A stretch of DNA of 64,000 bases, from positions 3,658,001 through 3,722,000 of the forward strand of contig NC_134035.1 of assembly GCF_964204645.1 (NCBI RefSeq), given 5' to 3'. This DNA is from Tubulanus polymorphus (lineage: Eukaryota > Animalia > Nemertea). Made by a program: the position numbers and the translations under genes. The notes under the pieces are model-generated. The model did not search any database and was not told where the DNA came from. It worked only from the letters and a program-made list of their open reading frames with translations. This document shows, piece after piece, positions 38,601 to 53,600 of this stretch; positions within the stretch are counted from its first letter, which is position 1; each line of letters starts with the position of its first letter.

Positions 38601-41600
38601 CACCCCTAGACTATATCTGTAACTGTGTATCGGTCATCTCTACCTGGAGAGAAGTGATATTGGTATTATCACCCCTAGTCTATATCTGTAACTGTATATC
38701 AGTCATCTCTACCTAGAGAGAAGTGAGATTGGTATTATCACCCCTAGCCTATATCTGTTACTGTGTATCAGTCATCTCTACCTGGAGGGAAGTGAGATTG
38801 GTATTGTCACCCCTAGCCTATATCTGTTACTGTGTATCAGTCATCTCTCCCTAGAGAGAAGTGAGATTGGTATTATCACCCCTAGCCTATATCTGTTACT
38901 GTGTATCAGTCATCTCTACCTGGAGGGAAGTGAGATTGGTATTGTCACCCCTAGCCTATATCTGTTACTGTGTATCAGTCATCTCTCCCTAGAGAGAAGT
39001 GAGATTGGTATTATCACCCCTAGCCTATATCTGTTACTGTGTATCAGTCATCTCTACCTGGAGGGAAGTGAGATTGGTATTGTCACCCCTAGCCTATATC
39101 TGTTACTGTGTATCAGTCATCTCTCCCTAGAGAGAAGTGAGATTGGTATTATCACCCCTAGCCTATATCCGTTACTGTGTATCAGTCATCTCTACCTGGA
39201 GAGAAGTGATGTTGGTATTATCACCCCTAGCCTATATCTGTCACTGTGTATCAGTCATCTCTACCTGGATGGTAGTGATATTGGTATTATTACCCCTAGC
39301 CTATATCTGTTACTGTGTATCAGTCATCTCTCCTTGGAGAGAAGTGACATTGGTATTATGACCCCTAGCATTTATCTGTAACTGTATATCAGTCATCTCT
39401 ACCTGGAGAGAAATGATATTGGTATCATTACCCCTAGCCTTTATCTGTAACTGTATATCAGTCATCTCTACCTGGATGGTAGTGATATTGGTATTATTAC
39501 CCCTAGCCTATATCTGTCACTGTGTATCAGTCATCTCTACCTGGAGAGAAGTGATAATGATATTATCACCCCTAGTCTATATCTGTTACTGTGTATCAGT
39601 CATCTCTCCTTGGAGAGAAGTGACATTGGTATTATGACCCCTAGTCTTTATCTGTAACTGTATATCAGTCATCTCTACCTGGAGGGAAGTGATATTGGTA
39701 TTATAACCCCTAGCCTTTATCTGTAACTGTATATCAGTCATCTCTACCTGGAGAGAAGTGATATTGGTATCATTACCCCTAGCCTATATCTGTAACTGTG
39801 TATCAGTCATCTCTACCTGGATGGTAGTGAGTGATATTGGTATTATTACCCCTAGCCTATATCTGTTACTGTGTATCAGTCATCTCTCCTTGGAGAGAAG
39901 TGACATTGGTATTATGACCCCTAGCCTTTATCTGTAACTGTATATCAGTCATCTCTACCTGGAGAGAAGTGATATTGGTATCATTACCCCTAGCCTTTAT
40001 CTGTAACTGTATATCAGTCATCTCTACCTGGATGGTAGTGAGTGATATTGGTATTATTACCCCTAGCCTATATCTGTTACTGTGTATCAGTCATCTCTCC
40101 TTGGAGAGAAGTGACATTGGTATTATGACCCCTAGCCTTTATCTGTAACTGTATATCAGTCATCTCTACCTGGAGAGAAGTGATATTGGTATCATTACCC
40201 CTAGCCTTTATCTGTAACTGTATATCAGTCATCTCTACCTGGAGGGAAGTGATATTGGTATTATTACCCCTAGCCTATATCTGTAACTGTGTATCAGTCA
40301 TCTCTACCTGGATGGTAGTGATATTGGTATTATTACCCCTAGCCTATATCTGTCACTGTGTATCAGTCATCTCTACCTGGAGAGAAGTGATATTGATATT
40401 ATCACCCCTAGTCTATATCTGTTACTGTGTATCAGTCATCTCTACCTAGAGAGAAGTGAGATTGGTATTATCACCCCTAGCCTTTATCTGTAACTGTATA
40501 TCAGTCATCTCTACCTGGAGGGAAGCGATATTGGTATCATTACCCCTAGCCTATATCTGTAACTGTATATCAGTCATCTCTACCTGGAGGGAAGTGATAT
40601 TGGTATTATAACCCCTAGCCTTTATCTGTAACTGTATATCAGTCATCTCTACCTGGAGCGAAGTGATATTGGTATCATTACCCCTAGCCTATATCTGTAA
40701 CTGTGTATCAGTCATCTCTACCTGGATGGTAGTGATATTGGTATTATTACCCCTAGCCTATATCTGTTACTGTGTATCAGTCATCTCTCCTTGGAGAGAA
40801 GTGACATTGGTATTATTACCCCTAGCCTTTATCTGTAACTGTATATCAGTCATCTCTACCTGGAGGGAAGTGATATTGGTATTATTACCCCTAGCCTTTA
40901 TCTGTAACTGTATATCAGTCATCTCTACCTGGAGAGAAGTGATATTGGTATCATTACCCCTAGCCTATATCTGTAACTGTGTATCAGTCATCTCTACCTG
41001 GAGGGAAGTGATATTGGTATTATTACCCCTAGCCTTTATCTGTAACTGTATATCAGTCATCTCTACCTGGAGAGAAGTGAGATTGGTATTATCACCCCTA
41101 GCCTATATCTGTAACTGTATATCAGTCATCTCTACCTGGAGGGAAGCGATATTGGTATTATTACCCCTAGCCTATATCTGTAACTGTATATCAGTCATCT
41201 CTACCTGGAGGGAAGTGATATTGGTATTATTACCCCTAGCCTTTATCTGTAACTGTATATCAGTCATCTCTACCTGGAGAGAAGTGATATTGGTATCATT
41301 ACCCCTAGCCTATATCTGTAACTGTGTATCAGTCATCTCTACCTGGATGGTAGTGATATTGGTATTATTACCCCTAGCCTATATCTGTTACTGTGTATCA
41401 GTCATCTCTCCTTGGAGAGAAGTGACATTGGTATTATGACCCCTAGCCTTTATCTGTAACTGTATATCAGTCATCTCTACCTGGAGAGAAGTGATATTGG
41501 TATCATTACCCCTAGCCTTTATCTGTAACTGTATATCAGTCATCTCTACCTGGAGGGAAGTGATATTGGTATTATTACCTCTAGCCTATATCTGTTACTG

Positions 41601-44600
41601 TGTATCAGTCATCTCTCCTTGGAGAGAAGTGACATTGGTATTATGACCCCTAGCCTTTATCTGTAACTGTATATCAGTCATCTCTCCTTGGAGAGAAGTG
41701 ACATTGGTATTATGACCCCTAGCCTTTATCTGTAACTGTGTATCAGTCATCTCTACCTGGAGGGAATTGATATTGGTATCATTACCCCTAGCCTATATCT
41801 GTCACTGTGTATCAGTCATCTCTACCTGGAGAGAAGTGATATTGGTATTATTACCCCTAGCCTATATCTGTAACTGTATATCAGTCATCTCTACCTGGAG
41901 GGAAGTGATATTTGTATCATTACCCCTAGCCTTTATCTGTATCTGTGTATCAGTCATCTCTCCCTAGAGAGAAGTGAGATTGGTATCATTACCCTTAGTC
42001 TATATCTGTAACTGTGTATCAATCATCTCTTCCTGGAGAGAAGTGACATTGGTATTATCACCCCTGGTCTATATCTGTAATTGTATATCAGTCATCTCTG
42101 CCTGGAGAGAAGTGATATTGGTATTAGGGCCCCTAGCCTGTATATTTAACTGTGCCAGTCAGTCTGTCAGTCAGGCAGAATTTGTCTTATCATTTGGTTT
42201 GCCGTTGGTCTGGCGTCTCAGGAATATTTCTTTCCCTGCCATCCTTGACGTATACTTTTAAGGATTAGTGTCTTGATCGCAGACATAGGGTGTCGTCTCA
42301 ATTCCTGCTGCGCGAGATACGTTATTGTTTTTTGTATATTTCAGCACTTCAACCCAGAAGCATTGTATTCTAGTGTGTAATTCGCCGCCGTATCAAATTC
42401 CCAGTCAAAACAACATTAACTACATGGGTTACACGGCTGACGAGCTGGCTACGATGCTTGGAGAGGTAGGATTAATGTCTATTTCAACTTGACTCGATAG
42501 CACATCATGTGGCCTAGCTTGGTCAGTTTTGGTGTTACATACCGATAAAAGTCAGGACCAGCAAGGACTGGCATTGATTTTAAATCTTAAACTGTATCTA
42601 AGGATATCCAAAAAGTCTTCATTGAAAGGGGTTCATGAGAGAGAGGCCATGATTTGAAAGTTTGACAATATGTTTCCTTGCCTACATACCAAACTTCAGT
42701 GGGTAGGCATGAAATCATACTGTTAAACTTTCAAATCATGGAGTCACCATTCATTATTCAAACCCTTTCAATTCAGACTTTTCTGCAATCCTTCAATTCT
42801 GTCAAAAATGGATTGAAAAACGATATTTTAGGTCAACTGTCCACCCATTCTGGTCCTAATAAGATTTTTATCAGGTATGTAGCACCAAAATTGACTTGAG
42901 CTAGGCCGGCTGATGTGCACGGAGTCCCAATTAAGGTCGTTGACTTGGCAGGTTTATCCGAGAAATGCCCTTTCTTCTTCTGGACTCCGGCCTCCCAAGT
43001 TTCCTAGATCCGCTCCCCTGCAAACTACTTGAAAGCATACGCCGTTGATTTTGTTTTCAGCGTGGAGTGCATTTATCGATAGTCGCGCCGCGTAAATTGC
43101 CCGTGTTGCAGAAACTGTTCGATCGAGCGTGCGGCGACATTCAGCTGATGGCGCAAAAAGATTACACGATCGATTCCCGACATATGGTGCTATTGAAAGG
43201 ATATCAGTTACAAGGTAGCGCGCTTCAGTATCTATTCTTAAAGGGCAAATGCCATCAAAATTGTACTTTCCGCGATTTCTTAACCAGAAGAAACTTTAGT
43301 ATACATATAACTATCACCACTACTACTATCACTCCTAAAACGATAAAATACCGCATGAAATGTCTAGTGAAATGACTGGAAGCGGCGTTCAGAGATGGCT
43401 TCAGAAACACGCACCTGCTAACATAAACAATAACAGTGAGCAGGTGCTGAAATTGCCAATTTAAAAGTGATATTTCTCAGTAATGGCTGAACTAAAATTC
43501 AAACCAGTTCCATATTTGATATTTGTGAATACATCACATTTGAAAAAGAATTTTACACAATATTATATTTTGATGGCATTTGCCCTTTAAGTCCATTGGC
43601 GGAGGGGGCTTTCGTAGATTGGGTATCGTCATACAGGGTGATGCCACTGACCTGGAAAACTCATGGAATCAGAAAAGTGGAATAGAATTCAGGTAAAATT
43701 CCAGGGAATTCGACATTTTTACCGAATACCTGGAAAACATTGGGAAAAAGTCTGGAACTTTGGAATAATTCCCGGTTTGGAAATGATAGGGAATTTGGAA
43801 AATTTTCCTCAAATCGGGGAAATATTTGGGAAATTCATTTACATTTCACGTATTGCATTTGCGGAGGGCAACTTTCTTCAGTTTCTTTTAATTTCCCTTG
43901 AGAATTACCTTTATCAACCAGTCACCACTAAAATGTTGATTGTAGGATGATGGTGTCTGTTCCTTGTGAAAATTGAACAATCACTCATGAAATACTTGTG
44001 AAAAACTTGGGAATTATGAATTCATATAACTGGGAACCATGCCATAAGTAATTCTTAAAATATTCCTGATGTTATTTTGCCCCAATGTCAATGATACTGG
44101 GCCCAGAAGTTAATCATATATGTGTTTGGGACTGAAATATTGATTATCTCCTTCTAATTGTTACAGAACGACCTCCGAGTCCATCCGCTGAGAAAGAGAA
44201 ACTCATGAATCAACAACCGATCAAACAGGTTGGAAGTCCAGCTGGTTCCCGTGAGTATACGTGTATTTGTGTCTCCGTGATTACAAAATGTGCCGTAAGC
44301 CTGGGAGGGTCCCTACGACTCCTTGATTCCTTGAAAACTCCTTCTGTACTGAAAGTATGCTTTTAAAGGTGCTCGAAACTCCTTTAATTTGAACAAAATG
44401 CCCAAAACTCCTTCAATTTTTAGAAATAGGCAGACCAGTTTGGAGTTGTAGACTAGGTGTAGAAATCGTAATTATTGTACGGCAGGGGTCCAAAAGAAAA
44501 ATCTGAAGGGCTTTTCTGGAATAAGTAGCCTTGCTAAAAGTTGTGTGCAAGGTCCCCTCGGCTTAAAAAAATGAGGGGATTTGATAAATTCTACCAAAAA

Positions 44601-47600
44601 CCTGGAAAACTTAGGGAATTCGGATGATGCTATTGACCAACCGTGTGATTCAATGAAAAATTAATGAATTGAAACATTTTGAACTTAGAAATTTCTCGGA
44701 TTCACTTCAGGAATTTTGTATTATAACATGGAAAGCCCAAGGGATTTGTAAATAGGCAGAAAATGGCGCCAACTTGCGAAAGAATGAGTGTCGAAATTTG
44801 CAGGTTTTGATGAAAAGATCAACCTCAATACCTAGGTGTCCAGACCCCCGAACTGTTCCCCTCTAGATCCGCCCCCCGCCCCCCTAGTATATTGTTCGTC
44901 GATAAGATTGTTTTGAATATTTTTTTCATCAGTGATTCCTCACAGTCCGAAACCTGTCTCAAACATTCCGAAGCACGGCAATTCTCCGGCCGGTTGTCTA
45001 ACCAGCGACGGAACGTTCAAAGTACCTACGCCTGCTGCCCACGGCGGACAAGCTCAAGGTAAAAAAATAGGTCATTTTTAATGAGTGAATAAATGATGAG
45101 AATAGACTGATATTATCCTCGGAATTTAGATACAATAACATTCCCACAATATCTAGTTTAATTGCTAATAGTTTCAAGGTTTCAACTTATTGACACACAT
45201 ACGACTGTCAGCAGAGATTAACAGGATATTCTATGAACAGTTCGAAGTTTTATTTTGTCCAAACATGTTTATTTTCTGTTTCGATATTTCGATTGACTCT
45301 GTCTGAATTTCTTATCGTGTAGGTTTGCAGCATCCGGGTCAAGTCAGTATCAGACAGAATCAGCCCGGTATGGCAAATATTGTCTCGCAGCAGGTAATTA
45401 CCGAAATTTTAGTGATAAGTGTTGGTTCTCGGGCTTCCGGGAGGCCCTTATTCCCGCACTCTCGATCTGTCTGTGTCAGGGGCAAGTTGCTCCAAAGTAA
45501 GCTAAAGATAACCAGTGGATGAACACCATAGTAACAATGATCATTTAATTGTCAACTATCCTCTGGTTAACTCTAACCAACTTATGAGTAACTGGCCCCT
45601 ATATTTCAGCTGCTTAGCTTTGTTAATAGTGTAGGCGATCTTGATGAAACTTTGGGGTCTAGTTGTGCAGTGCAAAGAATGGGCTGGCGCGCCAACTAGC
45701 GGCAGAACAAGGCACTAAAAACTCTTCAGCGACATGACCTTGTACAACATATCTATAATGCAACGGGAGCTAACGTATAGGAATTTCAGGGTTTGAGCCT
45801 GAGCCCGAGAACCGTTGTCGCTTATGGCTTGTTCATTTAATTTTCGTATTCACTTAATTGAGATGTAGAGATATAGTCGTGATATGAAATGATAGATAAA
45901 TGAGGGCACGTAATTTCAGTCAAATGTACCGATAAGGCCGGGGGCGCCACAAGCGGCACATGACATCGCCAATGCGATTAAAGCGATGGTCAGTCAGACT
46001 CCTCAACCGGTCGTAAATCCGGCTAACCAAGCGATGATCTCGCAACAACACAAAACGCTGCAAGCGACAAGGCATTTACAACAATTGCAACAACAGCAAC
46101 AAATGTTACAGCAACAACAACAGCAACAGGTAAAACCCTGGGGGCGGCTTTATAGACTGGTCTTAACTCTAATCCGGAGGCTAACTCGATTTGTTGTCAA
46201 TTGAGTCAAAGTAATACCAGTCTATTAAACCACCTCCTGATGTGCACTGCATTGATAAACATAAAAGATTTTTCTTTGTAATACAGGGTGTCTCAGAAAA
46301 TACGTTACCCTTTGCCTTAAGGTTACTAATTCATTAACAATGATTTTAATTATTATTTCGGGAGGTATAGTTGGTAGACCTGGATGTTTACTTGAGAATG
46401 TTGAAATGAAAAAAAGTCATGCATGGCTGAGCACTAGCAGGTTTATGAATCGCCATTCGAATGCTGTCGAACCATATTTGCGGATTGTTTCATCGTGTAC
46501 GTCTATTGTTCAATAACCACCTGCCTGTTGGAAAATTGATTTAAAATCACAAAATCATTGAATTTCACTCCTTGTGATTTTATTTCCTGTCGGGAAATGT
46601 AAAAACTAGGTAATTCAAAAGACCATCAGTAGGAATCAAGGACTTAGTGTGCGGAAAGTAACACATTTTGAGAAATAGTGAATCTGATGTATCATAATTC
46701 AACGTTGAGCTTAACTGTGCATTGGTAAAAAGGTGATGATATCGAACAAGTCCCGGAGAAGCTTAATTAGTCATGAGTACCAACAATTTTTAGTAGAAAT
46801 CTGCTTCAGTTAATTTAATTTAATCTAATTAAGTGAAAGCTGAACATTTATCAATAAGCGTATATAATGCAATGATCCTTATTTCTTGTATTGGTTCGAC
46901 TCAATTTTAAGGACCATTCAAAAACATGGTCAGCCATGCACTACTTATTTCTTGCATTTAAACATTCCATCCTTGAGTAAACATCCAGGTCTACCGACCT
47001 ACCCCTAAAAAAATCTTATTTCAATTATCGTTAATGAATAAATAAGCTTTAAGCTATGGTAACACATTTTTTGAGACACCCTGTAGACATAACACTGCGA
47101 AACATCTAGCGTGTTGCTCTGATGCACGCAGCTTACCAAAACATCGAGCATGTTTTTCTGCCAAGCCTCAGTGCAATTTGAGACGGTAACATATTTCTTA
47201 ATGACGCTCATTGCCAAAATCAGGTTGAAAAATGAATGTTTCACAGTGCCGTGTGCGTTAGACTTATTTGATATCCTTCCTTTCAATGTTTCTAGTTGTA
47301 CAGGGTTCGTCGCGTTGCTTGAAAAGCTTGAAATGGCTTGAATTTGAGAAATACTACTCAAGCGCTTGAAAACAGCTTGAAAATAGATCGAAAGCTTGAA
47401 ATAATTATTTTTGACTTGAAATAAAAAGATATGGCTTGAAATGCTCGATTATCACAAATTTTCTTCTTCGCAAATTTTTTTCGATGAAAACTCTCCGGTG
47501 TCTGGAGACTTGAACATATGGGGAAATTTTGGTCATGCATGTTATCGAGCATTGATGTAAAATGGCATTGAAATCCCACACCAGGTGTGAGAGCCATGTT

Positions 47601-50600
47601 GAAGGCACCGCGACCTAGTCAAAGTCATTGAACATTACAAATTTGGTATTAGGCCATCCAAAAATAAAGGTCTGTTTGCCGTCACCCGACCGACCCGACT
47701 TCAAAGGTACCGAGTGGAAACTTTTTTCTTGGATTCATTGAAATAAATTTTATTTTTGATACAAATGGCCGACCCACTGCCGATGTATGAGCTACGTATG
47801 TTTGAAGTTAAGTGTGCATCGCGTGAAAACATGCCTCGACTATAGTTGATGTTTTCCAGGAAACTGGCAGTGTTCCAATAAGCTGCCATTCATTCTTAGT
47901 GACTATATTAAAGCTGGTTATGTTATAGCGTGCATATATTCAATCTACTGTTTCATTTTGAACGCAGATTTGGGATATTGTTTCCACTAAAAGAGGTGAT
48001 GATAAATTTGTTGATTTTTTTTGCCACAAAATTTTGCAAATAAAAATGATTCTACCTTCCTACTGACTTATCCCAAAAATTTTAGTAGGTGTAACGGCAA
48101 AACAGACAATTAATTTGGGATGGCCTAATATCCAAATCTTGATTGATATGAATATTTAAGCTAGGAAATGCTGAAAATCATTGTGATAAACGGGTTTCAT
48201 CTCTAACAGAATCGTATCAACTCGGAGGTTCCACTGGAATCAAAATTTTACCTCTTTTTTAACATTTTTATACGAACCTGTTAAAAATAGGCAAATTGGC
48301 TGCGACTATCGAAAATTGCTTCCAACGTGCCTTAAAAAATAGCTTGAAAATGGTATAAATCTAGCTTGAAATGGCTTGAATTTCACCTGAGCTTGAGACA
48401 ATGAACCCTGTTGTAACACCGGTAGCCGGTAGGTCATTGATTATTTTGTTTTGACTGATCGGTTTTGTTTAATTCAGGGAAACGTCATGCAACAACAACA
48501 GCAACAATCGCCGATGAATTCTCAGCCTCAGGTCGTCGCCAGCAACCAAAACCCGATCATGCAACAGAACCAAGGAATGCAAAGCATGATGGGCAACGCG
48601 GGCATGATGGGTAATCAAGGCAACCCGAACATGCCCGCACAGATGGGTCAAGGCCATCAGATGAACCAAAATCAAATGGTGCAACAGGGTCAAATGGGGC
48701 AACTCGGGCAGATGGGCCAGCAAGGGCAGATGAATATGAACCCGAATCAGCAGGTGTCGCAACAAGGTCAAATGATCGCAGGCCAGCAGCAGATGAACGT
48801 TCAGAGTCAGATGATCGGCGCCGGCGGTCAGCAAGGGGGTCTTACGCAACCGGCCGACCCGATGCATTCGCAGGGTCAGATGACGAACACAGCTCAGCTG
48901 CCGGTGATCAGAATCTGGACGGGACAACTGGAATACCAGGAGAAGGTGAAAGCGCACGCGAAAGACACCGGCACGAAGGTGACGCGGTCGTTACAGTGCG
49001 AAGTGTTCTCGCATCAAGGAGTAGAACTGTAAGCTCTTTTCATTCATTGCAGGGGAGGGGGCATCTGACCTGGAATGAGACAAATCTAGGATGAAATCAG
49101 TGAAAATTCAGGGAATTCGATAAATTTTGCCAAAAACCTAGAAAACCAAGCGATTCAAATAACCACTAATTTCTTTTATCTATTGGTGATTCGTGATATA
49201 TGAATAGATTAGAACATTTTAAAGATATATTTCCATTCACCTGCCACACATTCACTTGGGAAATCTCAGGGGATTTGTAAATTGACGGAAAGCAGTCACA
49301 CTGATAGATCGATTACTAATTTATTGATGTATGTTTTCTATATTTCAAAGTGGAAGCGCCAGATGGCCGCAGCGACTGATCATGCAGCTCATTCCTCAAC
49401 AGTTACTGGCTCAGCTGCACAGTTTATTCAAAGAAGCTCGAAACGTCGAGTTCAGATTCCCACAAGTCGACGATTCACTTAATAATCTACGCAGAGTGAT
49501 GTCTAATGGATTCGTAAGTAACGCAACCCGATGATGAGATTGATTTGGTGATAAGTGATGATTTGACTTAAAAGGATTTGAGTGAAGAGAAATATACATC
49601 ATTACCTCTAGCCTTTATCTGTAACTGTGTATCAGAGATCTCTCCCTGTAGAGAAGTGATATTGGTATTATTACCCCTAACCTATATCTGTAACTGTGTA
49701 TCAGTCATCTCTCCTAGAGAGAAGTGATATTGGTATTATCACCCCTAGCCTATATCTGTAACTGTGTTTCAGTCATCTCTACCTGGAGAGAATTGATATT
49801 GGTATTATCACCCCTAGCCTATATCTGTAACTGTGTTTCAGTCATCTCTACCTGGAGAGAATTGATATTGGTATTATCACCCCTAGCCTATATCTGTAAC
49901 TGTGTACCAGTCATCTCTACCTGGAGGGAAGTGATATTGGTATTATTACCCCTAGCCTATATCTGTAACCGTGTATCAGTAATCTCTCCCTAGAGAGAAG
50001 TGATATTGGTATTATTACCTTTAGCCTTTACCTGTAACCGTGTATCAGTCATCTCTACCTAGAGAGAAGTGATATTGGTATTATTACCCCTAGCCTTTAT
50101 CTGTAACTGTGTATCAGTCATCTCTCCTTGGAGAGAAGTGATATTGGTATTATTACCTCTAGCCTTTATCTGTAACTGTATATCAATCATCTCTACCTGG
50201 AGAGAAGTGATATTGATATTATTACCCCTAGTCTATATCTGTAACTGTGTATCTGTCATCTCTCCTTGGAGAGAAGTGATATTGGTATCATTACCTCTAG
50301 CCTTTATCTGTAACTGTATATCAGTCATCTCTACCTAGAGAGAAGTGACATTTGTATTATGACCCCTAGCCTTTATCTGTAACTGTGTATCAGTCATCTC
50401 TCCTTGGAGAGAAGTGATATTGGTATTATTACCTCTAGCCTTTATCTGTAACTGTATATCAATCATCTCTACCTGGAGAGAAGTGATATTGATATTATTA
50501 CCCCTAGTCTATATCTGTAACTGTGTATCTGTCATCTCTCCTTGGAGAGAAGTGATATTGGTATCATTACCCCTAGTCTATATCTGTTACTGTGTATCAG

Positions 50601-53600
50601 TCATCTCTCCCTGGAGAGAAGTGATATTGGTATTATTACCCCTAGCCTATATCTGTAACTGTGTATCAGTCATCTCTCCTTGGAGAGAAGTGATATTGGT
50701 ATCATTACCTCTAGCCTTTATCTGTAACTGTATATCAGTCATCTCTACCTAGAGAGAAGTGACATTTGTATTATGACCCCTAGCCTTTATCTGTAACTGT
50801 GTGTCAGTCATCTCTACCTGTAGGGAAGTGATATTGGTATCATTCCCCCTAGCCTATATCTGTAACTGTATATCAGTCATCTCTACCTGGAGAGAAGTGA
50901 TATTGGTATTATTACCCCTAACCTATATCTGTAACTGTGTATCAGTCATCTCTCCCTGTAGAGAAGTGATATTGGTATTATTACCCCTAGCCTATATCTG
51001 TAACTGTGTATCAGTCATCTCTCCTTGGAGAGAAGTGATATTGGTATCATTACCTCTAGCCTTTATCTGTAACTGTATATCAGTCATCTCTACCTAGAGA
51101 GAAGTGACATTTGTATTATGACCCCTAGCCTTTATCTGTAACTGTGTGTCAGTCATCTCTACCTGTAGGGAAGTGATATTGGTATCATTCCCCCTAGCCT
51201 ATATCTGTAACTGTATATCAGTCATCTCTACCTGGAGAGAAGTGATATTGGTATTATTACCCCTAACCTATATCTGTAACTGTGTATCAGTCATCTCTCC
51301 CTGTAGAGAAGTGATATTGGTATTATTACCCCTAGCCTATATCTGTAACTGTGTATCAGTCATCTCTCCCTGGAGAGAAGTGATATTGGTATTATTACCC
51401 CTAGCCTATAGCTGTATTTGTATATCAGTCATCTCTCCCTGGAGAGAAGTGATATTGGTATTATTACCCCTAGCCTATATCTGTAACTGTGTATCAGTCA
51501 TCTCTCCCTGGAGAGAAGTGATATTGGTATTATCACCCCTAGTCTATATCTGTAACTGTGTATCAGTCATCTCTCCTTGGAGAGAAGTGATATTGGTATT
51601 ATTACCCCTAGTCTATATCTGTAACTGTGTATCAGTCATCTCTCCTTGGAGAGAAGTGATATTGGTATTATTACCCCTAGCCTATAGCTGTATTTGTATA
51701 TCAGTCATCTCTCCCTGGAGAGAAGTGATATTGGTATTATTACCCCTAGCCTATATCTGTAACTGTGTATCAGTCATCTCTCCCTGGAGAGAAGTGATAT
51801 TGGTATTATCACCCTAGTCTATATCTGTAACTGTGTATCAATCATCTCTACCTGGAGAGAAGTGATATTGGTATCATTACCCATAGCCTATATCTGTAAC
51901 TGTGTATCAGTCATCTCTCCCTGGAGAGAAGTGATATTGGTATTATCACCCCTAGTCTATATCTGTAACTGTGTATCAGTCATCTCTCCTTGGAGAGAAG
52001 TGATATTGGTATTATTACCCCTAGTCTATATCTGTAACTGTGTATCAGTCATCTCTCCTTGGAGAGAAGTGATATTGGTATTATTACCCCTAGCCTATAG
52101 CTGTATTTGTATATCAGTCATCTCTCCCTGGAGAGAAGTGATATTGGTATTATTACCCCTAGCCTATATCTGTAACTGTGTATCAGTCATCTCTCCCTGG
52201 AGAGAAGTGATATTGGTATTATCACCCCTAGTCTATATCTGTAACTGTGTATCAATCATCTCTACCTGGAGAGAAGTGATATTGGTATCATTACCCATAG
52301 CCTATATCTGTAACTGTGTATCAGTCATCTCTCCCTGGAGAGAAGTGATATTGGTATTATTACCCCTAGCCTATATCTGTATCTGTGTATCAGTCATCTC
52401 TCCCTGGAGAGAAGTGACATTTGTATTATGACCCCTAGCCTTTATCTGTAACTGTGTGTCAGTCATCTCTACCTGTAGGGAAGTGATATTGGTATCATTC
52501 CCCCTAGCCTATATCTGTAACTGTATATCAGTCATCTCTACCTGGAGAGAAGTGATATTGGTATTATTACCCCTAACCTATATCTGTAACTGTGTATCAG
52601 TCATCTCTCCCTGTAGAGAAGTGATATTGGTTTTATTACCCCTAGCCTATATCTGTAACTGTGTATCAGTCATCTCTCCCTGGAGAGAAGTGATATTGGT
52701 ATTATTACCCCTAGCCTATATCTGTAACTGTGTATCAGTCATCTCTCCCTGTAGAGAAGTGATATTGGTTTTATTACCCCTAGCCTATATCTGTAACTGT
52801 GTATCAGTCATCTCTCCCTGGAGAGAAGTGATATTGGTATTATTACCCCTAGCCTATAGCTGTATTTGTATATCAGTCATCTCTCCCTGGAGAGAAGTGA
52901 TATTGGTATTATTACCCCTAGCCTATATCTGTAACTGTGTATCAGTCATCTCTCCCTGGAGAGAAGTGATATTGGTATTATCACCCCTAGTCTATATCTG
53001 TAACTGTGTATCAATCATCTCTACCTGGAGAGAAGTGATATTGGTATCATTACCCATAGCCTATATCTGTAACTGTGTATCAGTCATCTCTCCCTGGAGA
53101 GAAGTGATATTGGTATTATTACCCCTAGCCTATATCTGTATCTGTGTATCAGTCATCTCTCCCTGTAGAGAAGTGACATTGGTATTATTACCCCTAGCCT
53201 ATATCTGTTACTGTTTATCAGTCATCTCTTCCTGGAGAGAAGTGATATATTGGTATCATTACCCCTAGCCTATATCTGTAACTGTGTATCAGTAATCTCT
53301 CCCTGGAGAGAAGTGATATTGGAATTATCACCCCTAGCCTATATCTGTAATTGTGTATCAGTCATCTCCCCCTGGAGAGAAGTGATATTGGTATTATTAC
53401 CCCTAGTCTATATCTGTAACTGTTTATCAGTCATCTCTTCCTGGAGAGAAGTGATATTGGTATCATTACCCATAGCCTATATCTGTAACTGTGTATCAGT
53501 CATCTCTCCCTGGAGAGAAGTGATATTGGTATTATTACCCATAGCCTATATCTGTAACTGTGTATCAGTCATCTCTCCCTGGAGAGAAGTGATATTGGTA

